Source: Sphingobacteriales bacterium (GTDB lineage: Bacteria; Bacteroidota; Bacteroidia; Chitinophagales; JADIYW01). From it: DNA of 64,000 bases. The notes below the pieces were generated by a model that was not told where the DNA came from, ran no database searches, and was given only the letters and a program-made list of their open reading frames with translations. The stretch is taken from NCBI GenBank assembly GCA_947460245.1, contig CANHGL010000007.1:7739-71738 (forward strand). Direction: 5' to 3'. The translations under genes and the position numbers were made by a program. Numbering within the stretch: position 1 is the first letter of the stretch; every line of letters begins with the position of its first letter. This document shows positions 37,599 through 48,194 of the stretch, piece after piece.

Positions 37599-38756
37599 AT
37601 GAAAAAATACATATACTTCTCCTTATTGATGTTATTGCAGTCGGTAGTGCTGGCAGGTTTTATTAACGGAACTATGGTGCATCAGAATGTTACTAGGAAA
37701 TATGTTTTATATGTTCCGGATATCTATAATGTACAGCAAATCAATGTTCCACTGCTGATTGGCCTACATGGGTTTGGTGATGATGCCGCTAATTTCAGTG
37801 GAATATGTATGTCTGCAATAGCAGATACGGCTAATTATATTGCCGTATATCCGGAAGCTACCCCAGATGCAGTATTGCAGTCAAATGCCTGGAATTCCGG
37901 CGCAAGTACAGGGGTGGTCGTGGTCAATAATGGAGTAGATGATAAAGGGTTTATTAATAGACTAATGGATACTATTATTGCTAATTATAGAATAGATACC
38001 AGTAGGATGTATGTATATGGCTTTTCTTTCGGAGGTTTTATGACGAATAGAATGGCTGCGGAATGTAGTAGCAGATTTGCAGCAGCGGCATGTGTTTCAG
38101 GGCTAAGAGGTAATTCGATAAATATACTTCCTCAGAATCCGGTCCCTTATCTGCACTTTCATGGAACGTCAGATCCGACCATAGGTTATTATGGAACTTC
38201 TACTCTTGGATTCTTACCGGGTTTAGGTATGAGTGCTGAGTCAACCGTGAAATTCTGGGCCAAGCAAAACAAGTGTGATTCCATACCTGTGGTAGATTCA
38301 TTACCGGATTTAGCAAATGACGGATTACGATTTGTGCGTTTTAGCTATGATAATGGTATGAATAACAGTAAGACTGTTTTTTATAAGGTAATTAATGGTG
38401 CGCATAGATGGTATGGGGTACCTAATAATGATATTTCTTACTGTCAAACGATTTGGGAATTTTTCCGTCAGTATCAAAGACCATCCACGCTAACATTGGT
38501 AAAGAACTTACAGAATGCTGCTTTTAAGGTGTATCCTAATCCTTCCAGTGGACAGGCAGCTATTGATATCTCTGCTTTTAGTGAGTCTGCAAAAATATTA
38601 AACATCTATGATCTTGCAGGTAAGCTCTTGCATTCAATACCTGTTAACAAAAGGCAAATGCTTTCATTGTCCGATTTGTCGGGAGGTACTTATGTCTTAC
38701 AATTGCAGGGAGAACAAGGTAGTATTCTAGCTACTGATAAATTAGTTATTCAGTAG
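37599..38756 (+). CDS. Secreted esterase of the PHB-depolymerase / LpqC-like alpha/beta-hydrolase family with a T9SS C-terminal sorting domain
   Basis: Motifs are PLLIGLHGFGDDA and the nucleophile elbow GFSFGGFM, with HGTSDP. The C-terminal ~78 aa form a T9SS-type sorting domain. Confidence 0.8.
   Translation: MKKYIYFSLLMLLQSVVLAGFINGTMVHQNVTRKYVLYVPDIYNVQQINVPLLIGLHGFGDDAANFSGICMSAIADTANYIAVYPEATPDAVLQSNAWNSGASTGVVVVNNGVDDKGFINRLMDTIIANYRIDTSRMYVYGFSFGGFMTNRMAAECSSRFAAAACVSGLRGNSINILPQNPVPYLHFHGTSDPTIGYYGTSTLGFLPGLGMSAESTVKFWAKQNKCDSIPVVDSLPDLANDGLRFVRFSYDNGMNNSKTVFYKVINGAHRWYGVPNNDISYCQTIWEFFRQYQRPSTLTLVKNLQNAAFKVYPNPSSGQAAIDISAFSESAKILNIYDLAGKLLHSIPVNKRQMLSLSDLSGGTYVLQLQGEQGSILATDKLVIQ
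38520..38753 (+). other. T9SS (Por) type A C-terminal sorting domain of the esterase
   Basis: The segment reads FKVYPNPSSGQAAIDI...LNIYDLAGKLLHSI...LSGGTYVLQLQGEQGSILATDKLVIQ. This fits the YPNP...G.Y.l....g....KlvI pattern of secretion-system C-terminal sorting domains. Confidence 0.75.
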
Positions 38757-38761
38757 AAACA

Positions 38762-39586
38762 TTATCTAAATCGAAGATGAACTAGCTGTGTCATGTCCAT
38801 AGCTTGATTGGCGCGCATCATAATTTTTGTACTGATACTTTTTGCACGTTGGACAGCGGAATTTTCGAAAATTTTTAGGGTACGTATCAATTCAATATGT
38901 CTACTCCAGTATGTAATTTTATTTGCTTCCAGAATACCCCATTGTAGATGTGCTGCTTTCATTCCTGCGCCTTTGATGCGCATATCCACAAAAAATTTTC
39001 CGAATTGGGAGATAATATCAAACATAACCTCTGCACCTTTTAGTCGGGATGCAATAGTGGAAAGGAACGTGCTTACTTCTTCCTCTTTGAAATACGGGAG
39101 TACTCCGGGTATGGTAATAAATAGCCCATTGGAAATGTCGCCAATATCATCTATCCAGCTATAATCAAACATTGATTTGTGGATATAGGTAACACGTTTA
39201 TTCGGTGGAGGAAGTAATTGTTCTCTTAATTGCATGGCGTCCGGCATATCTAAGTCATACCAAAGCGCTTCTCCGTTATCGCATCTGTAATAGGTAGTAT
39301 CCAGACCGGCGCCAATATCTAATATTTTTCCGTTAGGGTATTTTTGTAAAAAGGTTTGTATAGCCTCTTCTATTTTACTGGCACGATAACATAAACCCAA
39401 TATTCCAATTTCAGTTAAATTACGTAGAAGTTTATCTTGATCAACATCTAATCTTTCAATTAGTTTGATGGCTTCCTTGTCTGAAAGTATAGGGTTCCTG
39501 TCTTGAGCGTCTTTTGCTCTAGCCATCAAGGGTAGAAGTAGAGTCTCTTGAACGCTGCCCAGTTGTATTTTTATTTTTTTCACCAT
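38762..39586 (-). CDS. Class I SAM-dependent methyltransferase, TcmP / leucine-carboxyl-methyltransferase-like (COG3315 type)
   Basis: The N-terminus has ETLLLPLMARAKDAQDRNPILSDKEA, and the SAM motif is ILDIGAGLDTTYYR. Confidence 0.7.
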   Translation of the reverse strand: MVKKIKIQLGSVQETLLLPLMARAKDAQDRNPILSDKEAIKLIERLDVDQDKLLRNLTEIGILGLCYRASKIEEAIQTFLQKYPNGKILDIGAGLDTTYYRCDNGEALWYDLDMPDAMQLREQLLPPPNKRVTYIHKSMFDYSWIDDIGDISNGLFITIPGVLPYFKEEEVSTFLSTIASRLKGAEVMFDIISQFGKFFVDMRIKGAGMKAAHLQWGILEANKITYWSRHIELIRTLKIFENSAVQRAKSISTKIMMRANQAMDMTQLVHLRFR

Positions 39587-39752
39587 GCGTTTTACTTACA
39601 GTTGATCTTGAATGGTTTACAATTTGATGCTATTCAGATAGCCATAGGTAGTTTGAATATAAAATAAATTATTCATCGAATAAGCACACTAGATTATTTT
39701 ATAGGATTTCACAGCTTTAATTCATTATTTTTATCCTTCAATAAAATTAATT

Positions 39753-41759
39753 ATGAAAAAGCTATTCTTTTCTCTTCTGGTATTGTGTTCTTTAATTGTA
39801 AGAACGCAGGATAATGATGTGGTTGGTATTAATATAGATAATACTATTCAGTCGGGCGATGATTTCTTTAAGTATGCCAATGGGGGTTGGATAAAAAATA
39901 ATCCTATCCCTGCAGCCTATTCTCAGTGGGGTATAGGCAATCTTGTTCAGGAGGATGTATGGACCAAGTTGAGAATAATTAATGAGAGTGCTCTTGCAGA
40001 AGTAGGTGCTCCAAATTCAAACACCAGAAAAATTCATGATTTCTATAAGACTGCTATGGATACATTGGCAATAGAGAAAATGAAATTACAACCTATCTCA
40101 GATGAGCTATCAAGGATTAATGCTATTCGTAATGTGGCTGATCTGGTAGATGTGATTACTTATCTGCATTCAATAGGTATTTCTGTGGGCTTTGATCTTG
40201 GTGTTTATCAGGACATGAAGAATAGTGAAGTGAATGCTTTTTATATAGGCCAGGGTGGGCTTGGGCTTCCAAATAGAGATTATTATTTTAATACAGATGC
40301 CCGCACTGTAAAAATTGTAAAAGATTATAAAGGCAAACATTTGCCATCTATGCTCAACTTTATTAATCCAGATTATAAAGCTGCTTCAATAGCCGTCTAT
40401 AATTTGGAGAAAGCATTGGCTCTGAAATCCAGAAAACTTGAGGATTTACGTGATCCATATGCCAATTACAATAAAATGACTTTACAGCAGTTGCAAAAAC
40501 TGACTCCAGGTGTAAAGTGGCAGGTTGTTTTTAAGCAACTTGGCATAAAAACAGATTCTGTAATTGTAGGACAACCTGAATTCTTTACCCAGTTGAATAA
40601 ATTATTGAAATCTACCCCATTGGCAACATGGAAGAATTATCTGCGGGTTCATGTACTGTCGTCATATGCAGAGTATTTAAATACTGATGTAAATAAAGAA
40701 AATTTTCGTTTTTATGGCTTTGTTTTGCGTGGAAAGAAAGAGCAAATGCCTCGTTGGAAGCGTGCATTACAATGGGAAGAGGGCGCAATGGGTGAAGTCC
40801 TTGGTCAGCTCTATGTAAAAGATAATTTTACGCCTAAAACAAAAGATCGCTATGAAAGATTATGTGATGACGTCTTTACAGCTTTTGCAGAACGTATTAA
40901 GAGCCTTGACTGGATGAGCGAGGCAACTAAACAAAGGTCACTTATAAAGCTAAATAGTGTCACTAAGAAGGTAGGTTATCCGGACAAATGGAAGGATTTT
41001 TCCGCTCTTACAACTACAGATCAGTCGTTGATAGAAAATATAAGAAATGCAGATAAATTCTGGTTTAACTATCAGATCAGTAAACTCAATAAGCCAGTGG
41101 ATAGGACAGAATGGGATATGACTCCACAAACTTATAATGCTTATTATAATCCTTCCAATAATGAAATTGTATTACCCGCTGGTATTTTTGTAATTCCTGG
41201 TTTTAGAGATGAAAATATAGACGATGCAGTTATTTATGGATATGCCGCAGCTTCTACTATTGGTCATGAAATTACCCATGGATTTGATGATGAGGGCAGG
41301 CAGTTTGATGAGAAAGGTAATCTGCAAAATTGGTGGCAAAAAGAAGATGAAGAGAAGTTTACAGTTAAGGCAGAGCGTTATATAGACCAATTTAATAAGT
41401 ATGTCGTTCTGGATTCTATGCATGTAAATGGGAAAGCAACACTCGGAGAAAATATCGCTGATCTGGGAGGATTGGTAATTGCTTTAGATGCATTTAAGAA
41501 GACACAACAATTCAAAGAAGGTAAACTCATTGCCGGACTTACTCCATTGCAGCGCTATTTTCTAGGTTATGCCTTGGGCTGGCTTGGTCATCAGAGAGAT
41601 GAAGAATTGGCTTCTCGTATTCTTACAGATGTTCATTCTCCTGCATTTTTGCGTGTAAATGGGCCTTTTTCTAATATAGATGACTTTTACGATGCATTTA
41701 ATATAAAAGAAGGATCTAAGCTTTTTAGAAGCATGTCCGATAGGGTAAGAATCTGGTAA
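39753..41759 (+). CDS. M13 family zinc metallopeptidase (PepO / endothelin-converting-enzyme-like)
   Basis: It has the HEITHGFDDEG zincin motif, NAYY, and GENIADLGG (ExxxD). A signal peptide is present and the C-terminus reads ...RVRIW. Confidence 0.93.
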   Translation: MKKLFFSLLVLCSLIVRTQDNDVVGINIDNTIQSGDDFFKYANGGWIKNNPIPAAYSQWGIGNLVQEDVWTKLRIINESALAEVGAPNSNTRKIHDFYKTAMDTLAIEKMKLQPISDELSRINAIRNVADLVDVITYLHSIGISVGFDLGVYQDMKNSEVNAFYIGQGGLGLPNRDYYFNTDARTVKIVKDYKGKHLPSMLNFINPDYKAASIAVYNLEKALALKSRKLEDLRDPYANYNKMTLQQLQKLTPGVKWQVVFKQLGIKTDSVIVGQPEFFTQLNKLLKSTPLATWKNYLRVHVLSSYAEYLNTDVNKENFRFYGFVLRGKKEQMPRWKRALQWEEGAMGEVLGQLYVKDNFTPKTKDRYERLCDDVFTAFAERIKSLDWMSEATKQRSLIKLNSVTKKVGYPDKWKDFSALTTTDQSLIENIRNADKFWFNYQISKLNKPVDRTEWDMTPQTYNAYYNPSNNEIVLPAGIFVIPGFRDENIDDAVIYGYAAASTIGHEITHGFDDEGRQFDEKGNLQNWWQKEDEEKFTVKAERYIDQFNKYVVLDSMHVNGKATLGENIADLGGLVIALDAFKKTQQFKEGKLIAGLTPLQRYFLGYALGWLGHQRDEELASRILTDVHSPAFLRVNGPFSNIDDFYDAFNIKEGSKLFRSMSDRVRIW

Positions 41760-41778
41760 TCATTCTATTAGGATTTTA

Positions 41779-41800
41779 TTAAGATTACGTGTAATCTTAA
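41779..41800 (+). terminator. Strong hairpin 20 nt after the M13 peptidase stop (terminator-like, no U-tract)
   Basis: The sequence is TTAAGATTAC gt GTAATCTTAA, with 9-10 bp perfect arms. No T-run follows, so terminator function is uncertain. Confidence 0.4.
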
Positions 41801-42069
41801 ATACTTACCTGCTTCACTTTTTTCTTGTTTACCAAATACAAGACCATTTCCGCCGTATAATGGTGTAATTCTACCATATACTTAATCTGAAATTTAAGGG
41901 GATTTTCTCTTCGTAATATTGTACTAACAGATTTTGTTTACGTTTCTCTCTTAAAAATCTGTTGTTTACGGCTTTTTAAAAAAGACCCTAAAGGCTTAGA
42001 AAATACAAACCCCAACAACTTATCATTAAAATGATTTATAGTAAGTTTTGAGTTAGAGGGTATTTACAC

Positions 42070-42471
42070 ATGAAAAAGATTTTCAAAATAGCATTTTACC
42101 TCCTTCTGTTGGTTCTTTCACCAACCTCTTATGTATTTGGATTTTCAAGTGGTGTAGATAATTCTAAAACTACTTTGCGCAGTATTTGGAAGTATGAACA
42201 GGATTACTCTAAATATTCCGACGAAGAGGGTATCGCGAAGAAAATATACTTTCTCTCTTTAAATTCTGATGGAACTTATCACCAGTATATTCAGGTAGTG
42301 CCTTCAAATCCCAAGAATTACTATCATGTAAAAAATTATGAGATTGAAGGTAAATGGTCTGAGAAGGATGGTAAATTGATTTTGAATGAATATGGCAAGG
42401 AGAGCTCCATCGATTATAATTTTATCTATAGCAATTTTGAGAATATCGATAACCAGTTTATTTCCAAATAA
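42070..42471 (+). CDS. Small secreted hypothetical protein
   Basis: This 133-aa protein has the signal peptide MKKIFKIAFYLLLLVLSPTSYVFG and is Y/K/N-rich. I recognise no motif. A clear terminator lies downstream. Confidence 0.6.
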   Translation: MKKIFKIAFYLLLLVLSPTSYVFGFSSGVDNSKTTLRSIWKYEQDYSKYSDEEGIAKKIYFLSLNSDGTYHQYIQVVPSNPKNYYHVKNYEIEGKWSEKDGKLILNEYGKESSIDYNFIYSNFENIDNQFISK

Positions 42472-42520
42472 TATTCCTTTTTAGTAATAAAAAAAGTTTT
42501 TTAAAAGTTGTTTACGTTAG

Positions 42521-42548
42521 CCGTTCGTTTGTTGCGAACGGTTTTTTT
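42521..42548 (+). terminator. Intrinsic terminator of the 42070..42471 gene
   Basis: The structure is CCGTTCG (42521-42527), loop tttgttg, CGAACGG (42535-42541), then T7. Confidence 0.8.
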
Positions 42549-42644
42549 ATTTTCAAATCATTAATTCTGACAGTTTAATCTGCAAAACTTATTTGATTTT
42601 GTAAATTTAAGGAATGGGTTTGTTTATCTTATATTCAATTAGGA

Positions 42645-45593
42645 ATGGTGAAGGAAAATAAGGCAGCTTTACTGGAGGATTTAGCCCGAACCTTGGATGG
42701 TGACGTTTTTTACGATACCGCCATGCGTATTCTTTATTCCACAGATGCTTCTGTATACAAAGAATATCCACTTGCAGTTGTATATCCAAAGAATGAAGAG
42801 GATATAGTAAAGCTAATTGAGTTTGCAGCACTTCATCAAACATCTCTTATTCCACGAGCAGCAGGAACCTCTCTGGGGGGGCAAGTAGTGGGAAGTGGTA
42901 TAGTGGTAGACGTTTCAAAATATCTTAATAACATTATTGAAATAAATAAAGAAGAACGATATGCTATTGTTCAACCAGGTGTTGTAAGGGATGAATTGAA
43001 TAGAAATATTCACTCATTAGGTTTATTTTTTGCGCCGGAGACCTCAACTGCAAACCGGGCAATGATTGGAGGTATGGTAGGAAATAATTCTTGTGGTGTT
43101 AACTCAATTGTATATGGATCCACCAGAGATCATGTGCTTTCATTATCCGGCTTTTTAAGCGATGGTTCTATGGTAACCTTTTCTCCTATAGGTAATGATT
43201 TATTTTATCAGAAGTCGGAAGGCGTATCCTTAGAAAATAAGATTTATAAGTTTATCCATCAGATCCTTTCCGATGAACAAAATAGAGCAGAAATAATTGA
43301 GCAATTTCCCAGCTCAAGAATTCATAGGCGAAATACCGGTTATGCTTTAGATGAGCTTTTAAAGCAGCAGCCTTTTACTTCGGATGGAAAGGTATTTAAT
43401 CTTGCAGAACTCCTTTGTGGAAGTGAGGGAACGCTCGTATTTATAACAGAGATAAAATTGAAGCTTGTTCCCTTGCCACCCAAAGAAAAGGTTGTTGTGC
43501 CTGTTCATTTCAATACATTAGAAGAGAGTTTGCGAGCAACAGTTATAGCTATGCATCATCAACCTGCTGCCTGTGAGTTGATGGATAAAATTATTCTGGA
43601 TTGTACCAAAGAGAATATAGAACAACGTAAAAACAGATTCTTTATTGAAGGGGATCCCAAAGCTATTCTTTGTGTTGAATTTAGTGGAGATACGAGAGCG
43701 GAAATAGAAATCAAAGCAGCTAACTTTGTAAATCACTTAAAGCAACAATCAATAGGATATCACTTTCCTTTTCTTTTTGGTGAAGATATACCAAAGCTAT
43801 GGAGTTTGCGCAAGGCTGGTTTAGGCTTGCTGGCTAATATACCTGGCGATGCAAAGGCAGTCGCAGTAATTGAAGATACGGCAGTTGCAGTAGAAGATTT
43901 ACCTTCCTATATTAATGATTTCGCTAATCTTATGCGGCAGTATAATCAGCAATCTGTATACTATGCGCATGCTGGGGCAGGAGAGTTGCACTTACGACCA
44001 ATACTGGATTTAAAGAAAAAAGAAGATCGGGTGCTGTTTAGAAATATTGCAACAGACAGTGCTAATCTTGTAAAGAAATATAATGGTTCTTTGAGTGGTG
44101 AGCATGGAGACGGTAGAGTTCGTGGGGAATTTATACCATTAATGATTGGAGAAAAAAACTATGAACTGCTCCGTAAATTAAAATTTACTTTCGATCCAAA
44201 TAATATATTTAATCCGGGGAAGATTATAGATGCACCTCCAATGGATACCTCATTGCGTTATGAAGAAAATCAGCAAACGCCTCAATTGGATACTGTCTTT
44301 AATTTTGAAAAGGATGGCGGGGTATTACGTGCCGTTGAAAAATGTAATGGGAGTGGAGATTGTAGAAAACTTCCTGGAAGTGGAGGTACGATGTGTCCCT
44401 CTTATATGGCTACTCGAAATGAAAAAGATACTACCCGCGCCCGCGCTAATATCCTAAGAGATTTCTTATCAAATTCTACGTCAGCTAATAAATTCAATCA
44501 TCGGGAGATATATGAGGTAATGGATTTATGTCTCAGTTGTAAAGGATGTACTTCAGAATGTCCCTCCAATGTTGATATTACAACCTTGAAGGCGGAGTTT
44601 TTGCATCAATATTATAAAGACAATGGAATTCCTTTACGCACTAAAGCGATAGCTAATATTGGCAGTTTAAGTAAGTTGGCAATGTTATTTCCTGCGTTAA
44701 GTAATTTTGGATTATCTAATAGTTTTACTTCAGGGGTGTTGAAGAAAATACTCAATATTGCTCCTCAGCGCTCTATGCCTTTATATTATAAGGAAACCTT
44801 ATTGAGTTGGTATAAGCGTAATTTATCAGCATTGAGTATAAAGGGAACAGTCAAGGGACGGATATATTTCTTCTTTGATGAATTTACTAATTTTAATGAC
44901 GTCGAGATTGGAATTAAGACCTTGAAATTATTGTCTTCACTCGGTTATGAAGTCAACTATATTCCGCATGCAGATAGTGGTAGAGCACATTTATCAAAAG
45001 GCTTATTGGATCCCGTAAAAGTATTTGCTCAAAAAAATACGAAAATCTTTAAAGACCTAATTAATGACGATATTCCCTTAATCGGTTTGGAGCCTTCTGC
45101 GATTCTCTCTTTCAGGGACGAATATCCAAGACTGGTAGATAAGTCGGAAGTAGGAGCAGCAAAAAAACTTGCAATGAATTGTCTTATTGTAGACGAATTT
45201 ATTGCCAAAGAAATTCAAAAGGGAAATATTAGAAAAGAGCAGTTTTCCAAGGAAAAAAAACAGATAAAACTGCATGGGCATTGTCATCAGAAGTCGTTGT
45301 CCTCCTTGAATACTACCATTCAATTATTAAGTTTGCCTGAAAATTATCATGTAGAAAATATACCGAGTGGATGTTGTGGAATGGCAGGTAGTTTTGGTTA
45401 TGAAAAAGAGCATTTTGATGTTTCTATGCAGATAGGAGAGTTGGTTTTATTTCCAGCAGTAAGGAATGCTTCCGAGGATACACTCATAGCTGCTCCAGGT
45501 ACGAGCTGTAGACATCAGATAAAAGATGGCACCGGAAGAAGTGCTTTGCATCCCATAGAGATTCTTTACGAGGCTTTTGTGTGGAAAATTTGA
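42645..45593 (+). CDS. FAD-binding oxidase fused to Fe-S / CCG-domain module (E. coli YdiJ-like, D-2-hydroxyacid dehydrogenase type)
   Basis: The N-terminal part is FAD_binding_4 type (PRAAGTSLGGQ, GEHGDGRVRG). The middle has 4Fe-4S Cys clusters (CNGSGDCRKL..., CLSCKGCTSECP). The C-terminal part has cysteine-rich CCG-like repeats (GHCHQKS, SGCCGMAGSFG). Length is 982 aa. Confidence 0.85.
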   Translation: MVKENKAALLEDLARTLDGDVFYDTAMRILYSTDASVYKEYPLAVVYPKNEEDIVKLIEFAALHQTSLIPRAAGTSLGGQVVGSGIVVDVSKYLNNIIEINKEERYAIVQPGVVRDELNRNIHSLGLFFAPETSTANRAMIGGMVGNNSCGVNSIVYGSTRDHVLSLSGFLSDGSMVTFSPIGNDLFYQKSEGVSLENKIYKFIHQILSDEQNRAEIIEQFPSSRIHRRNTGYALDELLKQQPFTSDGKVFNLAELLCGSEGTLVFITEIKLKLVPLPPKEKVVVPVHFNTLEESLRATVIAMHHQPAACELMDKIILDCTKENIEQRKNRFFIEGDPKAILCVEFSGDTRAEIEIKAANFVNHLKQQSIGYHFPFLFGEDIPKLWSLRKAGLGLLANIPGDAKAVAVIEDTAVAVEDLPSYINDFANLMRQYNQQSVYYAHAGAGELHLRPILDLKKKEDRVLFRNIATDSANLVKKYNGSLSGEHGDGRVRGEFIPLMIGEKNYELLRKLKFTFDPNNIFNPGKIIDAPPMDTSLRYEENQQTPQLDTVFNFEKDGGVLRAVEKCNGSGDCRKLPGSGGTMCPSYMATRNEKDTTRARANILRDFLSNSTSANKFNHREIYEVMDLCLSCKGCTSECPSNVDITTLKAEFLHQYYKDNGIPLRTKAIANIGSLSKLAMLFPALSNFGLSNSFTSGVLKKILNIAPQRSMPLYYKETLLSWYKRNLSALSIKGTVKGRIYFFFDEFTNFNDVEIGIKTLKLLSSLGYEVNYIPHADSGRAHLSKGLLDPVKVFAQKNTKIFKDLINDDIPLIGLEPSAILSFRDEYPRLVDKSEVGAAKKLAMNCLIVDEFIAKEIQKGNIRKEQFSKEKKQIKLHGHCHQKSLSSLNTTIQLLSLPENYHVENIPSGCCGMAGSFGYEKEHFDVSMQIGELVLFPAVRNASEDTLIAAPGTSCRHQIKDGTGRSALHPIEILYEAFVWKI

Positions 45594-45657
45594 GAAAAAT
45601 CAAGTAGCATACTGTACTTTTTTTGTTAATTTTAATGGATTAATCCACGTACGCTAC

Positions 45658-46590
45658 ATGCAAAGTTTCCAGAGTTTTACCGTTAAAACCTTTATTAACG
45701 TTTTTAGAAATACTTTATTTATTCATAAAACGGAAGCCAATACGATAAGAGTTGGGTTCGAGAGGATTTCAAATATTACCAAGTTCCCAAGATTTGTAAC
45801 GAAAGAGGATTTAACTTATGCCGGCATTGATGCTGCTTGGTTTGTGCCGGAGGGTTATGGTAAATCAAAAACTATATTGTATTTACATGGAGGGGGTTAT
45901 GTAATGGGATCTCACAACACTCACCGTTCATTAATTGGACGTATTGCCAGGGCATCTGGTTGTAGGGCATTGGCAATTAATTATCGAAAGGCTCCAGAGT
46001 ATCCTTATCCGGCTGCAATAGAAGATGCTATTAAAGCATATAAGCAGATGGTAGCAGATGGTTTTGAGAATATCTTTATTATGGGGGATTCAGCAGGAGG
46101 GGGATTGTCACTGGCTTTAATACAGTTGATAAAGAAAGAGAAGTTGCCGAAGGCAGCAGGGCTGGTTTTATTGTCTCCATGGACAGATCTTACGCTTAGT
46201 GGCGATAGCATAAAGGGTAAAAAGGATGTTGACCCTATGATAGCACCACATCTGCTAAAAATATTTTCTGAAAGATATTACGGAGAAGCAGATCCAAATG
46301 ATCCTTTAATTTCGCCATTATTTGCAGAGGTAAAAGGATTTCCTCCAACTCTAATTCAGGTAGGAGGTAATGAGACGTTGTTAGATGATTCTACCCGGTT
46401 GGCCCAAAAAATGAATAAAGCAGGCGTTAAAGTACAATTAGATATCTATGAGAATATGATGCATGTGTGGCAATTTTTTGGAGGAATAATACCTGAAGCT
46501 AACGCTGCTATTGATGGGATAGGAAAGTTTGTTAGGTCCATTAAGGTAGTAACCAAAGCCGACAAACTGGATGTACTCGCTGTCTATTAA
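45658..46590 (+). CDS. Alpha/beta hydrolase, hormone-sensitive-lipase-like esterase
   Basis: It has the HGGGY oxyanion motif and the GDSAGG nucleophile elbow. The track start at 45577 is a TTG inside the upstream gene, and the ATG at 45658 (MQSFQSF) is plausible. Confidence 0.85.
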   Translation: MQSFQSFTVKTFINVFRNTLFIHKTEANTIRVGFERISNITKFPRFVTKEDLTYAGIDAAWFVPEGYGKSKTILYLHGGGYVMGSHNTHRSLIGRIARASGCRALAINYRKAPEYPYPAAIEDAIKAYKQMVADGFENIFIMGDSAGGGLSLALIQLIKKEKLPKAAGLVLLSPWTDLTLSGDSIKGKKDVDPMIAPHLLKIFSERYYGEADPNDPLISPLFAEVKGFPPTLIQVGGNETLLDDSTRLAQKMNKAGVKVQLDIYENMMHVWQFFGGIIPEANAAIDGIGKFVRSIKVVTKADKLDVLAVY

Positions 46591-46950
46591 AAGAATTATT
46601 ACTGTCGTATTACAACTTCTCAGAAGATTCTAAAAACAATAACTTACTAGACCCAGGTGATAAGCCTGGAGTCAGATTATCTCTATACTTTAAAGGAACA
46701 GAAACTGTTAGCATCTTGAATACTAAATAGTAATTTGTGATTATTGACCCAGATTACGGCTATAATACATTTTTCATTGAAAATTAATTATAGGATATTG
46801 AATGAGTTTAAACGCTGATTTTTTTGCTATTTGGCATTTATTGTAAACCTGTTTTTCTGATTTATTTCCTATTTTCACAACCTACTCTTATTGTTTTTTT
46901 TAGTTCATTTATTAAGGGTCGAATTCTAACATCAACAAATTAAAATAGAT

Positions 46951-48156
46951 ATGTCTGAAGCTTACATTTATGATTGCGTGCGAACGCCAAGAGGAAAAGG
47001 CAAAAAAAATGGTGCCTTGTATGAAGTAACTCCGGTGGATATGCTGGCGCAACTGCTCAGGTCATTGGAGAGAAGAAACCAGTTAGATACTAAGTTTGTA
47101 GAAGATGTTATCATTGGATGTGTAACACCTGTTGGTGATCAGGGAGGTAATATTGCCAAGACAGCTGTATTGTTTGCAGATTGGGCAACTTCTGTTCCCG
47201 GTTTCCAGCTGAATCGTTTTTGTGCTTCTGGTTTAGAGGCAGTTAATCTTGCAGCAATGAAGGTTCGCTCAGGCTGGCAAGATCTTATTGTTGCCGGAGG
47301 AGTTGAGTCCATGAGTCGTGTGCCTATGGGTTATGATGGAGGTGCTTGGGTATTGGATATGCGGGTGAATAGTCATACTGATTTTATACCTCAGGGCATT
47401 AGTGCAGATTTAATTGCAACGTTGGAAAACTTCAGTCGCGAAGATTGCGACCGTTATGCATTGCGCTCTCAGCAGCTTGCTGCCAAAGCGAAGATAGAGG
47501 GACGTTTTAATAAATCTATTGTGCCCGTTACGGATTTGAATGGACTTACCATTTTAGCTGAAGATGAGTTTAATCGTCCGGATACAACATTGGAAGGATT
47601 GGCTTCTTTGGGGGCTTCTTTTCATATGATGGGTGAAATGGGTTTTGATGCGGTAGCATTACAAAAGTATACCAGCCTAGAGAAAATCCAGCATGTGCAT
47701 ACCCCCGGAAACTCCTCCGGCATAGTGGATGGTGCAAGTTTGGTCTTAATAGGATCAAAAGAAATTGGTGAGCGATTAGGATTAAAACCTCGTGCCATCA
47801 TTCGTTCTGTAGCTGTTACTGCTGCAGATCCTACAATTATGCTTACGGGCCCCGGACCTGCATCTAAACTAGCGCTCCAAAAAGCGGGTATGGACATCAA
47901 GGATATTGATTTGGTAGAAATGAATGAGGCATTTGCTTCTGCTGTCTTGCGTTTGCAAAGAGACTTAAACTTACCCGATGAAAAACTAAACGTGAATGGA
48001 GGTGCCATTGCTTTGGGACATCCGCTCGGAGCTACCGGTGCCATGATTTTAGGAACATTGGTAGATGAACTTGAGCGTAGCAATAAGAGCACAGGGTTAG
48101 CTACTCTTTGTGTAGGTGGAGGTATGGGTGTTGCTACTATTGTAGAAAGAGTATAA
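46951..48156 (+). CDS. fadA: Acetyl-CoA C-acyltransferase (3-ketoacyl-CoA thiolase)
   Basis: Motifs are [11 protein letters not shown] (active Cys), [13 protein letters not shown] and CVGGGMG. Length is 401 aa. It lies directly upstream of a FadB-type gene. Confidence 0.93.
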   Translation: MSEAYIYDCVRTPRGKGKKNGALYEVTPVDMLAQLLRSLERRNQLDTKFVEDVIIGCVTPVGDQGGNIAKTAVLFADWATSVPGFQLNRFCASGLEAVNLAAMKVRSGWQDLIVAGGVESMSRVPMGYDGGAWVLDMRVNSHTDFIPQGISADLIATLENFSREDCDRYALRSQQLAAKAKIEGRFNKSIVPVTDLNGLTILAEDEFNRPDTTLEGLASLGASFHMMGEMGFDAVALQKYTSLEKIQHVHTPGNSSGIVDGASLVLIGSKEIGERLGLKPRAIIRSVAVTAADPTIMLTGPGPASKLALQKAGMDIKDIDLVEMNEAFASAVLRLQRDLNLPDEKLNVNGGAIALGHPLGATGAMILGTLVDELERSNKSTGLATLCVGGGMGVATIVERV

Positions 48157-48194
48157 AGACTTTTAAAATTAACATATTATCAAATTATAACAAC

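Noticed and set aside
47622-48092. 156-aa antisense ORF inside the thiolase gene, with similar cases at 9664-10095, 29333-29734, 55382-55780, 17760-18137 and 27320-27679
   Set aside because: All of them are embedded antisense to genes with strong family motifs. None has a recognisable motif, and they are typical shadow ORFs.
48108-48194. N-terminal extensions in the ORF track that overlap upstream genes (48108, 45577, 57221, 22041, 10778, 5170, 14880, 28007)
   Set aside because: These start at TTG codons or at in-frame codons inside the neighbouring gene. Conserved N-termini begin at downstream ATGs, so the extensions are not real overlaps.
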